From: Gammaproteobacteria bacterium
Lineage (GTDB): Bacteria; Pseudomonadota; Gammaproteobacteria; Arenicellales; Poriferihabitantaceae
Assembly: GCA_009842505.1 (NCBI GenBank)
Contig: VYFG01000103.1
Location: 2,214 to 66,213 of the forward strand
Reading direction: 5' to 3'
DNA length: 64,000 bases
The position numbers and the translations under genes are program-made. Each line of letters begins with the position of its first letter. Positions within the stretch are counted from its first letter, which is position 1. This document shows positions 1 through 11,739 of this stretch, in pieces. The notes below the pieces were generated by a model. That model did not search any database. It was not told the origin of the DNA and saw only the letters and a program-made list of their open reading frames with translations.

Positions 1-1414
1 GTTCCGTAAGAAAAACCTTGAGCGCATCCGCGGTTTCGGCGTAGTCGCTGCCAGGGAACCGCTCCGCCGCGCGGGCGAAGGCCGTGAGGGCAAGCCCGTT
101 CCAGCCGCTCACCAGCTTGTGATCTACAGGCACGATGCGCCGGGACCTGGCATCGAGCAACCTGTCCCGGCTCCGCGCCAGGATCCTCTCCACCTCGCCT
201 TCCTCCATCCCGAGCCGCGCGGCGACCTCGGACAGGCTGCGCTGGCGGCGCAGGTGGTTCCCCGCCTCCAGTTCCGCAGGCCCGGACACGCCCCAGACCG
301 CGTCGGCCACCGCGTACTCCCGCTCGTTCAACAGCTGCCGCAGTTCGTCCGGCTGCCACAGGTAGGCACCCCCCTCGACGTCCTGGTCGTCCACGGCGGA
401 CAGGGACGACACCAGGGCCCCGTCCCGCCACATGTGCCGGCGCATGAATTCCAGCGTCTCCCGGGCCACTTCCAGGTAATCCTCCCGCCCGAGGATGCGT
501 CCTGCTTCCAGGTACAGGGTCGCCAGGGAGGCATTGTCGTACAGCATCTTCTCGAAGTGCGGGATCTCCCAGCCGGGGTCCACGGTGTAGCGGAAGAACC
601 CGCCGGCCAGGTGGTCCCACAGGCCGAACTGCATCATCGCATCCAGGGTGGTGGTCAGGAATTCCCGCGTGGCCTCGTCCGGGAGGATCTCCTCGGCCGC
701 CAGCAGGAATTCGAGCTGGGGCACCGAGGGAAACTTGCTCTGGGTGCCGAACCCGCCCTGGAAATGGTCGCCGTGGTCGAGTACCTGCCGCCTGGCGGAC
801 GCCAGCAGCCGCTGTATCTCCAGGTCGTCCGCCGGTGCGGACGAAGCGGCCTGCGGCTTCCAGGGAAAACTTTCCACCATCCGACGCAACTCCTCCTCGC
901 TGCCGGACCACAGCGCCTGCAGCCGCTCCAGCACCTGGCGGAACCTGTCCGGCGGGAGATAGAGCAGGGCGTAGATGGGGGAGCCGTCCGGGGTGATGAA
1001 AACATTAAGTGGCCAGCCGGCCTGTCCCAGGGTGGACTGGGCGAACGACATCATGGCGTCGTCCAGCGCCGGATGCATTTCCCGGTCCACCTTGACGAAG
1101 ATGAAGTGCCGGTTGGCAATCCCGGCGATATCCGGGTCCTGGAAGCTCTCCCTTTGCATCACGTGACACCAGTGGCAGGAAAAGTAGCCGATGGACACGA
1201 GCACGATCCGGTTGTCGCGCCGGGCCGCCTCCATGACCCCGGGGCCCCATTCCTGCCAGTGGATGGGGTCCTCCCCGTGCAGCGCCAGGTAGGGCACGGG
1301 ATGGTCCTTGAGCGTGTTGTCCGCCGCTGCCGCCGTCTCCGGGGACAGCCAGATCGTCATGAGCCCCGCCAGGGCGAGCAGGGTGGCCGTTCGCGGCAGT
1401 TTTTTCTTCACCAT
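1..1414 (-). CDS. thioredoxin-domain protein, DUF255/YyaL-like (N-terminal part; C-terminus runs off the left edge)
   Basis: Absent from the ORF track because it has no stop in the window. My reverse translation from the ATG (rc of 1412-1414) gives MVKKKLPRTATLLALAGLMTIWLSPETAAA (signal-like), then SIGYFSCHWCHVMQRESF. CHWCHVM is the DUF255 thioredoxin-like motif. The listed + ORF 119..1501 is its antisense shadow. Confidence 0.8.
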   Translation of the reverse strand, partial: MVKKKLPRTATLLALAGLMTIWLSPETAAAADNTLKDHPVPYLALHGEDPIHWQEWGPGVMEAARRDNRIVLVSIGYFSCHWCHVMQRESFQDPDIAGIANRHFIFVKVDREMHPALDDAMMSFAQSTLGQAGWPLNVFITPDGSPIYALLYLPPDRFRQVLERLQALWSGSEEELRRMVESFPWKPQAASSAPADDLEIQRLLASARRQVLDHGDHFQGGFGTQSKFPSVPQLEFLLAAEEILPDEATREFLTTTLDAMMQFGLWDHLAGGFFRYTVDPGWEIPHFEKMLYDNASLATLYLEAGRILGREDYLEVARETLEFMRRHMWRDGALVSSLSAVDDQDVEGGAYLWQPDELRQLLNEREYAVADAVWGVSGPAELEAGNHLRRQRSLSEVAARLGMEEGEVERILARSRDRLLDARSRRIVPVDHKLVSGWNGLALTAFARAAERFPGSDYAETADALKVFLTE

Positions 1415-1657
1415 GGTGGTCCTAAGCCAGTGCCATCCCGCCGGCGGGCGACATATCCGCATGTCCGCTTCGAGAAAACCATACGGCAACGCCGGCGGTA
1501 GCAGTTGCTACAATCATCAGCATATACTCTTGGTCCCCCTTTCACGCTGGATGTTCCCGGCTCCTATCATACCGATTCCCGGTGCACTGCCGGAAGCGAA
1601 GCCATGTGTGCGGCCCGGCCGCCCGGCCGGTACCGTGAAGTGAACAGGAAAACCGAC

Positions 1658-2725
1658 ATGGAATTGCCGGGCGAAGCCGAGGCCGGGCGGTTTTCCGGGG
1701 CGCTCCTTGCGTGGCACCGCCGGCACGGCCGCATGGACCTGCCCTGGCACCGGGACAACGACCCGTACCGGGTCTGGCTCTCGGAAATCATGCTCCAGCA
1801 AACCCGGGTGAGCGCGGTGATCCCCTACTTCGAGCGGTTCGTGGCGCGATTTCCGACGCTTGAAAGCCTGGCGGACGCGGACGTCGACGACGTGCTCCAC
1901 CACTGGTCCGGTCTCGGCTACTATGCCCGCGCCCGCAACCTGCACCGTGCCGCCCGCATGATCGTGACGGACCACGGCGGCCGCTTTCCGGACACCCTGG
2001 AGTCCGTGATGGCCCTGCCCGGGGTCGGGCGCTCCACCGCCGGCGCCATCCTCGCTTTCTGTTTCAACCGCCGCGAACCCATCCTAGACGGCAACGTCAA
2101 GCGCGTCCTCGCCCGGTTTTTTTGTGTTCCCGGGTATCCCGATGATGCACCAGTCAACCGGATGCTGTGGTCGTTGGCGGACCGGCTGACCCCGGCGCGG
2201 GAGGTGGGCCGCTACACCCAGGCCATCATGGATCTCGGAGCGACGGTATGCACCCGTTCCAGGCCCGCCTGTCCGGAATGTCCCCTCAAGGAAGATTGCA
2301 GGGCCCACTCCTTGGGCAAACCGGGTGACTACCCGGCCCCCGGGCGTAAGAAAACACGGCCTGTACGCGAGATCCAGATGCTGCTGGTGGAGGACCCGGA
2401 AGGCCGGTTCCTGCTTGAGCGAAGACCGCAACGTGGTGTCTGGGGCGGGCTGTGGTCCCTGCCGGAGGCGCCTGTCGAAGAACGCGAACTACGCAGCCCG
2501 CTGCCGGGATACGAACTTGAGCCGGCCCTGCATACCGATCCGGACCCGGTCCGCCACGGGTTCACCCATTTCGAACTGATGATCCATCCCCGGCGGTTCC
2601 GCATCAGCGCGCCGGAGGCCGGGGTCATGGACGCGGGGGTTCATCTTTGGTACAACCCGGCAGAACCCCCGAACATTGGACTGCCCGTGGTGGTCAGTCG
2701 ACTGCTGGCCTCCATTCAGAGATGA
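1658..2725 (+). CDS. mutY: A/G-specific adenine DNA glycosylase
   Basis: [22 protein letters not shown], the HhH-GPD region [13 protein letters not shown] and a 4-Cys cluster C-x6-C-x2-C-x5-C ([17 protein letters not shown]). I chose the start at ATG 1658 (MELPGE) rather than track start 1505. Confidence 0.9.
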   Translation: MELPGEAEAGRFSGALLAWHRRHGRMDLPWHRDNDPYRVWLSEIMLQQTRVSAVIPYFERFVARFPTLESLADADVDDVLHHWSGLGYYARARNLHRAARMIVTDHGGRFPDTLESVMALPGVGRSTAGAILAFCFNRREPILDGNVKRVLARFFCVPGYPDDAPVNRMLWSLADRLTPAREVGRYTQAIMDLGATVCTRSRPACPECPLKEDCRAHSLGKPGDYPAPGRKKTRPVREIQMLLVEDPEGRFLLERRPQRGVWGGLWSLPEAPVEERELRSPLPGYELEPALHTDPDPVRHGFTHFELMIHPRRFRISAPEAGVMDAGVHLWYNPAEPPNIGLPVVVSRLLASIQR

Positions 2726-2741
2726 CCCAGGAAACACCGAA

Positions 2742-3014
2742 ATGACCAGAATGGTGCAATGCGTGAAACTCGGCCGCGAGGCCGAAGGACTGGCCAGCCA
2801 GACCTGGCCCGGGGATCTCGGCCGGCGGATTTTCGAGGAGGTCTCCCTGGAAGCCTGGCAGGAATGGCTGCGCCAGCAGACCGTCCTCATCAACGAGTAC
2901 AGGCTGAACCCGCTGGATGCCAGGGACAAGAAATACCTAGCGGAGCAGATGGAAGCCTACTTCTTCGGCGACGGCATCGTCATGCCGGACCAATGGCAAC
3001 CCGACGATTCCTGA
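2742..3014 (+). CDS. yggX: Fe(2+)-trafficking protein YggX
   Basis: [17 protein letters not shown]...[21 protein letters not shown]...YLAEQME.FF matches the YggX family. It lies immediately downstream of mutY, as in enterobacteria. Start is ATG 2742. Confidence 0.9.
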   Translation: MTRMVQCVKLGREAEGLASQTWPGDLGRRIFEEVSLEAWQEWLRQQTVLINEYRLNPLDARDKKYLAEQMEAYFFGDGIVMPDQWQPDDS

Positions 3015-3075
3015 GTCTTCCCTGCCCCGCCGGACCGGGGTGGTATAGTAAAGATCAACAACCCCGGCAGACCGG

Positions 3076-4071
3076 ATGAAACCCAAGGCGGCCTCCTACT
3101 ACAAGCAGAACCGGCTGAAACAGCTCCGGGCGTTCTGCTTTACCGCCAAATCCGGCAGCATCTCCCGGGCAGCGGAGCAGCTCTACCTGAGCCAGCCGTC
3201 CGTCTCCCTGCAAATCCAGGCCCTGGAGCGCGAACTCAACACCATGCTGTTCGAGCGCCGCGGCCCCAAGATCCGGCTGACGCCGGATGGCCAGGCACTG
3301 CTCGAGATCGCCTTGCCGCTGGTGGAGGGTATGGATTCACTCAGGGACACCTTCGCCGAACGTTGCGGGGATCTCAACAGCGGGTATCTCAACATCGCCG
3401 CCGGGGAATCCACCCTCCTGTACATCCTTCCCAAGTACCTCAAGCAGTTCGCCGACAGGTACCCGGGTGTGCGGATCAGGCTGCACAACGTCACCGGAGC
3501 TGACGGCATGGCGATGCTGCGCGCGGACGAGGCGGACTTCGCCGTGGGCTCCATGCTCGACATGCCGGACGATGTCAGCTATCACCCCGTGTTCACGTTT
3601 CATCCGACCCTGATCACGCCACTGAATCACCCCCTGGCCGGAAAGAAGCAGGTCTCACTGGAGGAAATCGCGGAGTACGACCTGATCCTGCCGCCCCGCT
3701 ATCTCAGCACCTGGGGCATCGTCAAATCCGTGTTCCAGCAATCCAACATCCCTCACAAGGTCACCCTGGAGGCCGGAGGCTGGGCGGTGATCAAGAAATA
3801 CGTGGAACAGGGACTCGGAATTTCCATCGTGACCAGCATCTGCCTGGAGGAAGGCGATCGCCTGGGCACGATCCCGGTGCGGGAGCACTTCCCCTCGCGC
3901 AGCTACGGCATCGTCATCCGGAGGGGCAAGTTCATCCCGGCTCAGGCCAAGCGGTTCATCGAGATGCTGGCGCCGGACCTGTTCCACAAGCCAGGGATAT
4001 CGGCGGACGAACTGGACGAAGACCTGATGGAATCCCTGGAGCGCATCAACAGGAACACCGTCCATCGATGA
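3076..4071 (+). CDS. LysR-family transcriptional regulator (CysB-like subgroup)
   Basis: N-terminal wHTH LKQLRAFCFTAKSGSISRAAEQLYLSQPSVSLQIQALERELN followed by a substrate-binding domain of typical length. Confidence 0.85.
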   Translation: MKPKAASYYKQNRLKQLRAFCFTAKSGSISRAAEQLYLSQPSVSLQIQALERELNTMLFERRGPKIRLTPDGQALLEIALPLVEGMDSLRDTFAERCGDLNSGYLNIAAGESTLLYILPKYLKQFADRYPGVRIRLHNVTGADGMAMLRADEADFAVGSMLDMPDDVSYHPVFTFHPTLITPLNHPLAGKKQVSLEEIAEYDLILPPRYLSTWGIVKSVFQQSNIPHKVTLEAGGWAVIKKYVEQGLGISIVTSICLEEGDRLGTIPVREHFPSRSYGIVIRRGKFIPAQAKRFIEMLAPDLFHKPGISADELDEDLMESLERINRNTVHR

Positions 4072-4509
4072 TGCACGCACGTAATCGGATGCCATGCAGC
4101 CATGTGCAGACTCCCTCGAAATACAGTTCGGTCCCAAGGTGATTCCGTTATCGGAATGTTCGAACTGTAATCGAACGGAATCCACACGCCGGGTATTGAA
4201 GCACACAGCAGGCAACCGACCCATCTCCTGACCTTGGCCGGAAGGGGCAGTGCCGTCTCTCCGGCCGTCAAGCGCTGCTGCGGGGGCTTTCCCGGCCGTG
4301 CGACAATGACAAACCATTCGGAGACTCCGCACGGACTTGCAAGACGTCAGGGCGGGACCCGGTCCATCATCCGCCCCTTCGGAACCGCCATACGGGAGAC
4401 CGGAGCGGGCACCGTGTTCGGTGCCCCTGAGGCGCTCGCCCGCGATCTCGGCCGGAAGTCGGTATGTCTTGTTCCGAACACCTTCCCGGACCGCAGGCGG
4501 CGACTACCG

Positions 4510-4760
4510 TTACCAGCAGCAGCAAAGGCCGGCCGAGACCGCCTCAAGCTGCTCCTCGGTGATGTTCGGGTCCGGCGGCAGGGCGAGATGCACCGTCTGC
4601 ATGTCGCTCTCATGGACAATGATGTTCATCGAATGGGAATCGAGACTCCCAGTTCATCGCTGATGGTGGACTTCGGATCTGCAAGCAGCTGCTGCCTGAA
4701 ATCCGTGTCCAGAGCGGATTTCTCGACAATGTGCCTGAGCATTTCATCACCGCCTTTCAT
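4510..4760 (-). pseudogene. NHLP (nitrile-hydratase-leader-peptide)-type RiPP precursor, split into two overlapping small ORFs (4626..4760 and 4510..4629) by a 1-nt frame change at an ATGA junction
   Basis: Hand translation. ORF A is MKGGDEMLRHIVEKSALDTDFRQQLLADPKSTISDELGVSIPIR*. ORF B is MNIIVHESDMQTVHLALPPDPNITEEQLEAVSAGLCCCW*. Joined, they reproduce the NHLP leader pattern (..F+QELLANPKA...ELGV.LPEDV.V.VVEE....L.LP), an AG cleavage-like motif and a 5-residue core LCCCW. Both ORFs are under 60 aa, so neither is in the track. Confidence 0.6.
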
Positions 4761-5094
4761 TGCAATACCCTATCTGTTGGCTACTGACGAATCACTCCGG
4801 GGGCTTTCTACGACAACCGGGACGGGCAATTCCGTACTGCCGGCCTCTTGAATCTTCACGAAGCGTTCTTCGTATCCGTATTTATATTGGAATCGAAGAC
4901 GTTTTTGAAATGCAGAATTCGCCCGAAATCGATACCGATTCGAGTATGCCAGCGCGGCACCGGAACCGTACTTCCCCGACGCGTGCGCCGTACTTCCCAG
5001 GTCACCACACCGGTGCCATGATGGTCCGCTTCGGGGCGGTCATGGACATCTTAAGGGGCAATGTTGCATTGCACATTTGGCGTATAATTCCATC

Positions 5095-5805
5095 ATGAGC
5101 AATCCGATGACCCCCCGGAAACTGTACCTGGAGGCCGTCCTGCTCCTGTGCCTGCCGCACATGGCCGTGCATGCGGCACCGGGCATCAACAGCCGCGAAC
5201 ACGGTGTTGCCATACCCACGGATGTTTCCTTCCAGGCCATCCCCGTGTGCTACGACTTCGGTTGCCGCACCCGGAGCACGGTTGGCCTGTCCGCCAAGGA
5301 ATGGGAATCCGTGGCGGGCTGGTTCCGGGAGCCTGCCGCCACACCCGAAGTGGAGCGTGACCAGATCCGCCGCGCGGTGGGCTGGATGGAAGTGGTGATC
5401 GGCCGGCATACCCCGACACACCTGGACCTCGCCGCAGACGAAATTCCCGGAAAACACCGGGAGACCGGCCAGCAGGACTGTATCGACGAATCGGTGAACA
5501 CCACCACCTACCTGCGTCTTTTCCAGTCAATGGGGTACCTGCGCCACCATGTGGTCATCGAGGAGGCCTACCGCCGGGCGCTGTTCGACCAGCACTGGTC
5601 GGCGCAGATCCGGGAGGTGGCAAGCGGAACCCGCTACGTGGTCGATTCCTGGTTCCAGCCCAACGGCTACCTGCCAATCATCCAGGACAGCGAGTCGTGG
5701 GAGGACATCACCATGATGAGCGCGGTGGTGGACAACCGCCCTGACGAGGAGGGTGAAGAGGTGAAAAGGTCTTTCTGGCACCGGCTACTCCGGGGCGGAA
5801 ACTGA
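5095..5805 (+). CDS. secreted hypothetical protein (possible transglutaminase-like Cys-His-Asp fold)
   Basis: Signal peptide [23 protein letters not shown]|A. Spaced motifs QQDCIDES ... DQHWSAQI ... YVVDSW resemble a papain/transglutaminase-like catalytic layout. A TATAAT at 5083-5088 argues against track start 5077. ATG 5095 or ATG 5107 are both possible. Confidence 0.6.
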   Translation: MSNPMTPRKLYLEAVLLLCLPHMAVHAAPGINSREHGVAIPTDVSFQAIPVCYDFGCRTRSTVGLSAKEWESVAGWFREPAATPEVERDQIRRAVGWMEVVIGRHTPTHLDLAADEIPGKHRETGQQDCIDESVNTTTYLRLFQSMGYLRHHVVIEEAYRRALFDQHWSAQIREVASGTRYVVDSWFQPNGYLPIIQDSESWEDITMMSAVVDNRPDEEGEEVKRSFWHRLLRGGN

Positions 5806-5857
5806 GACGGCCGTTGGGGCCCGCCTCGACTCGTACAACCCGGGCCAAGCGAAGATC

Positions 5858-9140
<3,283 letters not shown>

Positions 9141-9143
9141 GCC

Positions 9144-10256
9144 ATGTACCGCCTGGCCAGGCCATGGTTGTTCGCCCTGGGTCCTGAAGACAGCCATGAC
9201 CGGGTGCTGTCGGCCCTGGCATTCGCCGCCCGCCGGCGATGGGCAACGGGTACATTGCACGCCCTCTATAGCAGGAAAGCCGCCCCGCTACCGGTCCGGG
9301 TCATGGGCATCGACTTTCCCAATCCCCTGGGGCTTGCCGCGGGACTCGACAAACAGGGCAACGCGTCCGCCGCGCTGGCGGCCTTCGGGTTCGGCTGGGT
9401 GGAACTCGGCACCGTGACGCCCCTGCCCCAGCCGGGCAACCCGAAACCGAGGATGTTCCGGCTGGTGTCCCACCGGGCCATCATCAACCGCATGGGTTTC
9501 AACAGCGTCGGGCTAGATGCCTTTCTCCAGAACCTCCAGTCGATGACGCCCGGCACCATCCGCGGCATCAACATCGGCAAGAACGCCGCCACGCCGCTGG
9601 AGCACGCCGCAGGCGACTACCTGTCCTGCCTGGAGCGGGTGTACCCCCATGCGGACTACATCACCGTCAACATCTCCTCGCCCAACACCGAGGATCTGCG
9701 GTCCCTCCAGGAAAGCAGTGCTCTCGACCTGCTCCTGGAGACCCTCTGCGATCATGCCTCAAGGCTCGGCGACCGGCACGGCAAGCGGGCGCCCCTCGTG
9801 CTCAAGCTGGCGCCGGATCTTGAAGACCCGCAGATCGAAGCCATTGCAGCATTGCTCGTCCGGCACGGAATCGACGCAGTGGCGGCCACCAACACCACAG
9901 TGTCCAGGGAGGGCGTGGAAGGGGTTCGGCACGCCGCCGAGTCCGGCGGGCTGAGCGGACCCCCGGTCAGGGCAGCGGCCACCAGGGTGATCAAGTCCCT
10001 GCACGATGCCCTGGGGCAAGACGTTCCCATCATCGGTATCGGCGGCATCGACAGCGCCGCGTCCGCCCGGGAAAAACTCGCCGCCGGCGCCAGCCTGCTG
10101 CAGCTCTATACGGGCCTCATCTATCACGGACCGGGATTGGTGGCGCAGGTGGTCAACGGGCTTGCCGAGGGCTGCCGGTCCGCGGGACACGGCGACGACT
10201 TCCGCGCCTGGCTGGACGACCTGCACGGAAATTCCGCCCGACAGCGGCGGGAATGA
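9144..10256 (+). CDS. pyrD: quinone-dependent dihydroorotate dehydrogenase (class 2)
   Basis: FPNPLGLAAGLDKQG, NRMGFNS, ITVNISSPNT and GIGGI motifs. The N-terminal extension is typical of class 2. Confidence 0.92.
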   Translation: MYRLARPWLFALGPEDSHDRVLSALAFAARRRWATGTLHALYSRKAAPLPVRVMGIDFPNPLGLAAGLDKQGNASAALAAFGFGWVELGTVTPLPQPGNPKPRMFRLVSHRAIINRMGFNSVGLDAFLQNLQSMTPGTIRGINIGKNAATPLEHAAGDYLSCLERVYPHADYITVNISSPNTEDLRSLQESSALDLLLETLCDHASRLGDRHGKRAPLVLKLAPDLEDPQIEAIAALLVRHGIDAVAATNTTVSREGVEGVRHAAESGGLSGPPVRAAATRVIKSLHDALGQDVPIIGIGGIDSAASAREKLAAGASLLQLYTGLIYHGPGLVAQVVNGLAEGCRSAGHGDDFRAWLDDLHGNSARQRRE

Positions 10257-10257
10257 C

Positions 10258-11145
10258 ATGACCGGCATCCCGTTCATCCACGATTTTGAGTTCCGTTACG
10301 GAATAGTCGAGCCCGTAACCGATGGCATCCGGCGGATCGTGGCGCGCAATCCCGGACCCTTCACAGGACCGGGAACCGGCACCTACATCATCGGCCGGGG
10401 AGAGGTGGCGGTCATCGACCCCGGCCCGATGCTGCCGGATCACGTGGATGCCCTGCTCGCGGGCCTTGCGGAAGAAACCGTCTCCCACATCCTGGTCACC
10501 CACACCCATGCCGACCACTCACCGGCGGCCCGGCTGCTCCGGCAGCGCACCGGCGCACCGGTATTCGCCTTCGGACCCCACGCCAAGGATTCGGCGGGGG
10601 AACTGGAGGGGGGCGTGGACCGTGAATTCGTACCCGACTTCCTGCTCGACGACGGCGATGAGGTTCCGGGCGACGGGTGGTCCCTGGAGGTCATCCACAC
10701 TCCGGGACACTGCTCCAACCACATCTGCTTCGCCTGGCCCGACGCGGGGGCGCTTTTCTGCGGCGACCACATCATGGCCTGGTCCACGCCGGTGATCATC
10801 CCGCCCGACGGAAGCGTCGGGGACTACATCGAAAGCCTTGGCCGCCTGTCCCAGCGTCCAGAAAGGGTGTTCTACCCGACTCACGGGACCCCGATCACCG
10901 ACCCGGGCGATTTCATTGCAAAGGTCAGGGAACACCGGCTGCACCGCGTGGAGCAGGTAGCGGCCGCCATCGCTAACGGCGTGGATAACCTGCCCTCCCT
11001 GCGCCGCCGGATCTATACGGACATTCCCCGGAATCTCGAGGCGGGGGCGGAACTCTCCCTGCTTGCGTCCATTCTCTATCTCCAGGAGCGGGGGCATGTC
11101 CTCATAGTCGGCAGTGGCCGACGCCAGCGGTACGTACCCACCTGA
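10258..11145 (+). CDS. MBL-fold metallo-hydrolase
   Basis: HTHADH metal-binding motif (ILVTHTHADHSPAA), HTPGH and CGDH. Start ATG 10258 lies just after the pyrD stop; track start 10006 lies inside pyrD. Confidence 0.85.
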   Translation: MTGIPFIHDFEFRYGIVEPVTDGIRRIVARNPGPFTGPGTGTYIIGRGEVAVIDPGPMLPDHVDALLAGLAEETVSHILVTHTHADHSPAARLLRQRTGAPVFAFGPHAKDSAGELEGGVDREFVPDFLLDDGDEVPGDGWSLEVIHTPGHCSNHICFAWPDAGALFCGDHIMAWSTPVIIPPDGSVGDYIESLGRLSQRPERVFYPTHGTPITDPGDFIAKVREHRLHRVEQVAAAIANGVDNLPSLRRRIYTDIPRNLEAGAELSLLASILYLQERGHVLIVGSGRRQRYVPT

Positions 11146-11739
11146 ACCTGTAACGCAATCCCGGAAACGTCACAACCCAGCATTGACGCCTGCCTGCGAA
11201 AACTCGGCAGGGATGCCAAGGCAACGAAACTTCCCAAGCATGCCGATGTCCGGCAACAGCAATCCGAGTCACCTCAGGGCCTGTGACGAAGTGGATTGAA
11301 ACGAAGTCGAGAGGAAACTTTTCCGGGGACGGCAGTCTCCAACTCTGTATAAGACAAAGCATCAGGGATTGCCAATGAAAATATACGTTGATCCAAGAAA
11401 AATCAGGGAACTCTTCTCCCAGCCTCCCGACGGTACTGAAACCGAAGATGTGCCGAAGGTTCGTGTCAAGACGCAAGCATGCCGAAGAGGCCGCGCGTGG
11501 GATGAAGTCCCGCGTACAACGCGGAACAGGCAACCACGCCGCGTACGGCCTGCAATGCCTGTAACCGTGGCTCACAAAGGCCGTAGGCAAATGGAAATAG
11601 GAGCGCCGTTTGTTCGGGATTCAGTCTGAATCCCTTGCTTTCGGGGGTTTTCAGCCTGTTTCCGGTTTCCATTTCGCGGGAAAAAAACGTGCTGCCCGCG
11701 GTGTGGCAATCCGCCGGAATCGTCGATACACTGCCATGA

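Noticed and set aside
119-1501. 460-aa + strand ORF covering the left end
   Set aside because: Arg/Pro/Gly/His-rich with no recognisable family. The opposite strand encodes a clear DUF255 thioredoxin-like protein (CHWCHVM motif), so this is an antisense shadow typical of high-GC DNA.
1505-1657. N-terminal extensions at track starts for mutY (1505), purB (6841), MBL hydrolase (10006), aminotransferase (14158), 2OG oxygenase (16186), SBP (22956), MazG-like (33064), HigA (35446), FAD oxidoreductase (49725) and MCC-alpha (61702)
   Set aside because: The extensions overlap neighbouring genes or promoters and lack similarity to the families. Internal starts coincide with where family homology begins.
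4141-4181. tRNA-like T-arm because of GTTCGAA
   Set aside because: There is no acceptor stem, D-arm or anticodon arm around it. The flanking 9-bp arms form a simple hairpin instead.
4234-4851. 205-aa + ORF spanning the precursor region, and 4337..4663(+), 4347..4619(-)
   Set aside because: No family resemblance and a biased composition. The minus-strand small ORFs give a residue-by-residue NHLP leader pattern, which explains the region better.
11146-11739. Known structured RNAs (RNase P, tmRNA, 6S, group II intron domain V, retron msr/msd) in the 590-bp gap
   Set aside because: I found no match to the conserved start or core sequences I can recall for these RNAs. The hairpin near 11510-11548 has a 14-nt loop rather than a domain-V GNRA tetraloop. 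No reverse transcriptase is adjacent.
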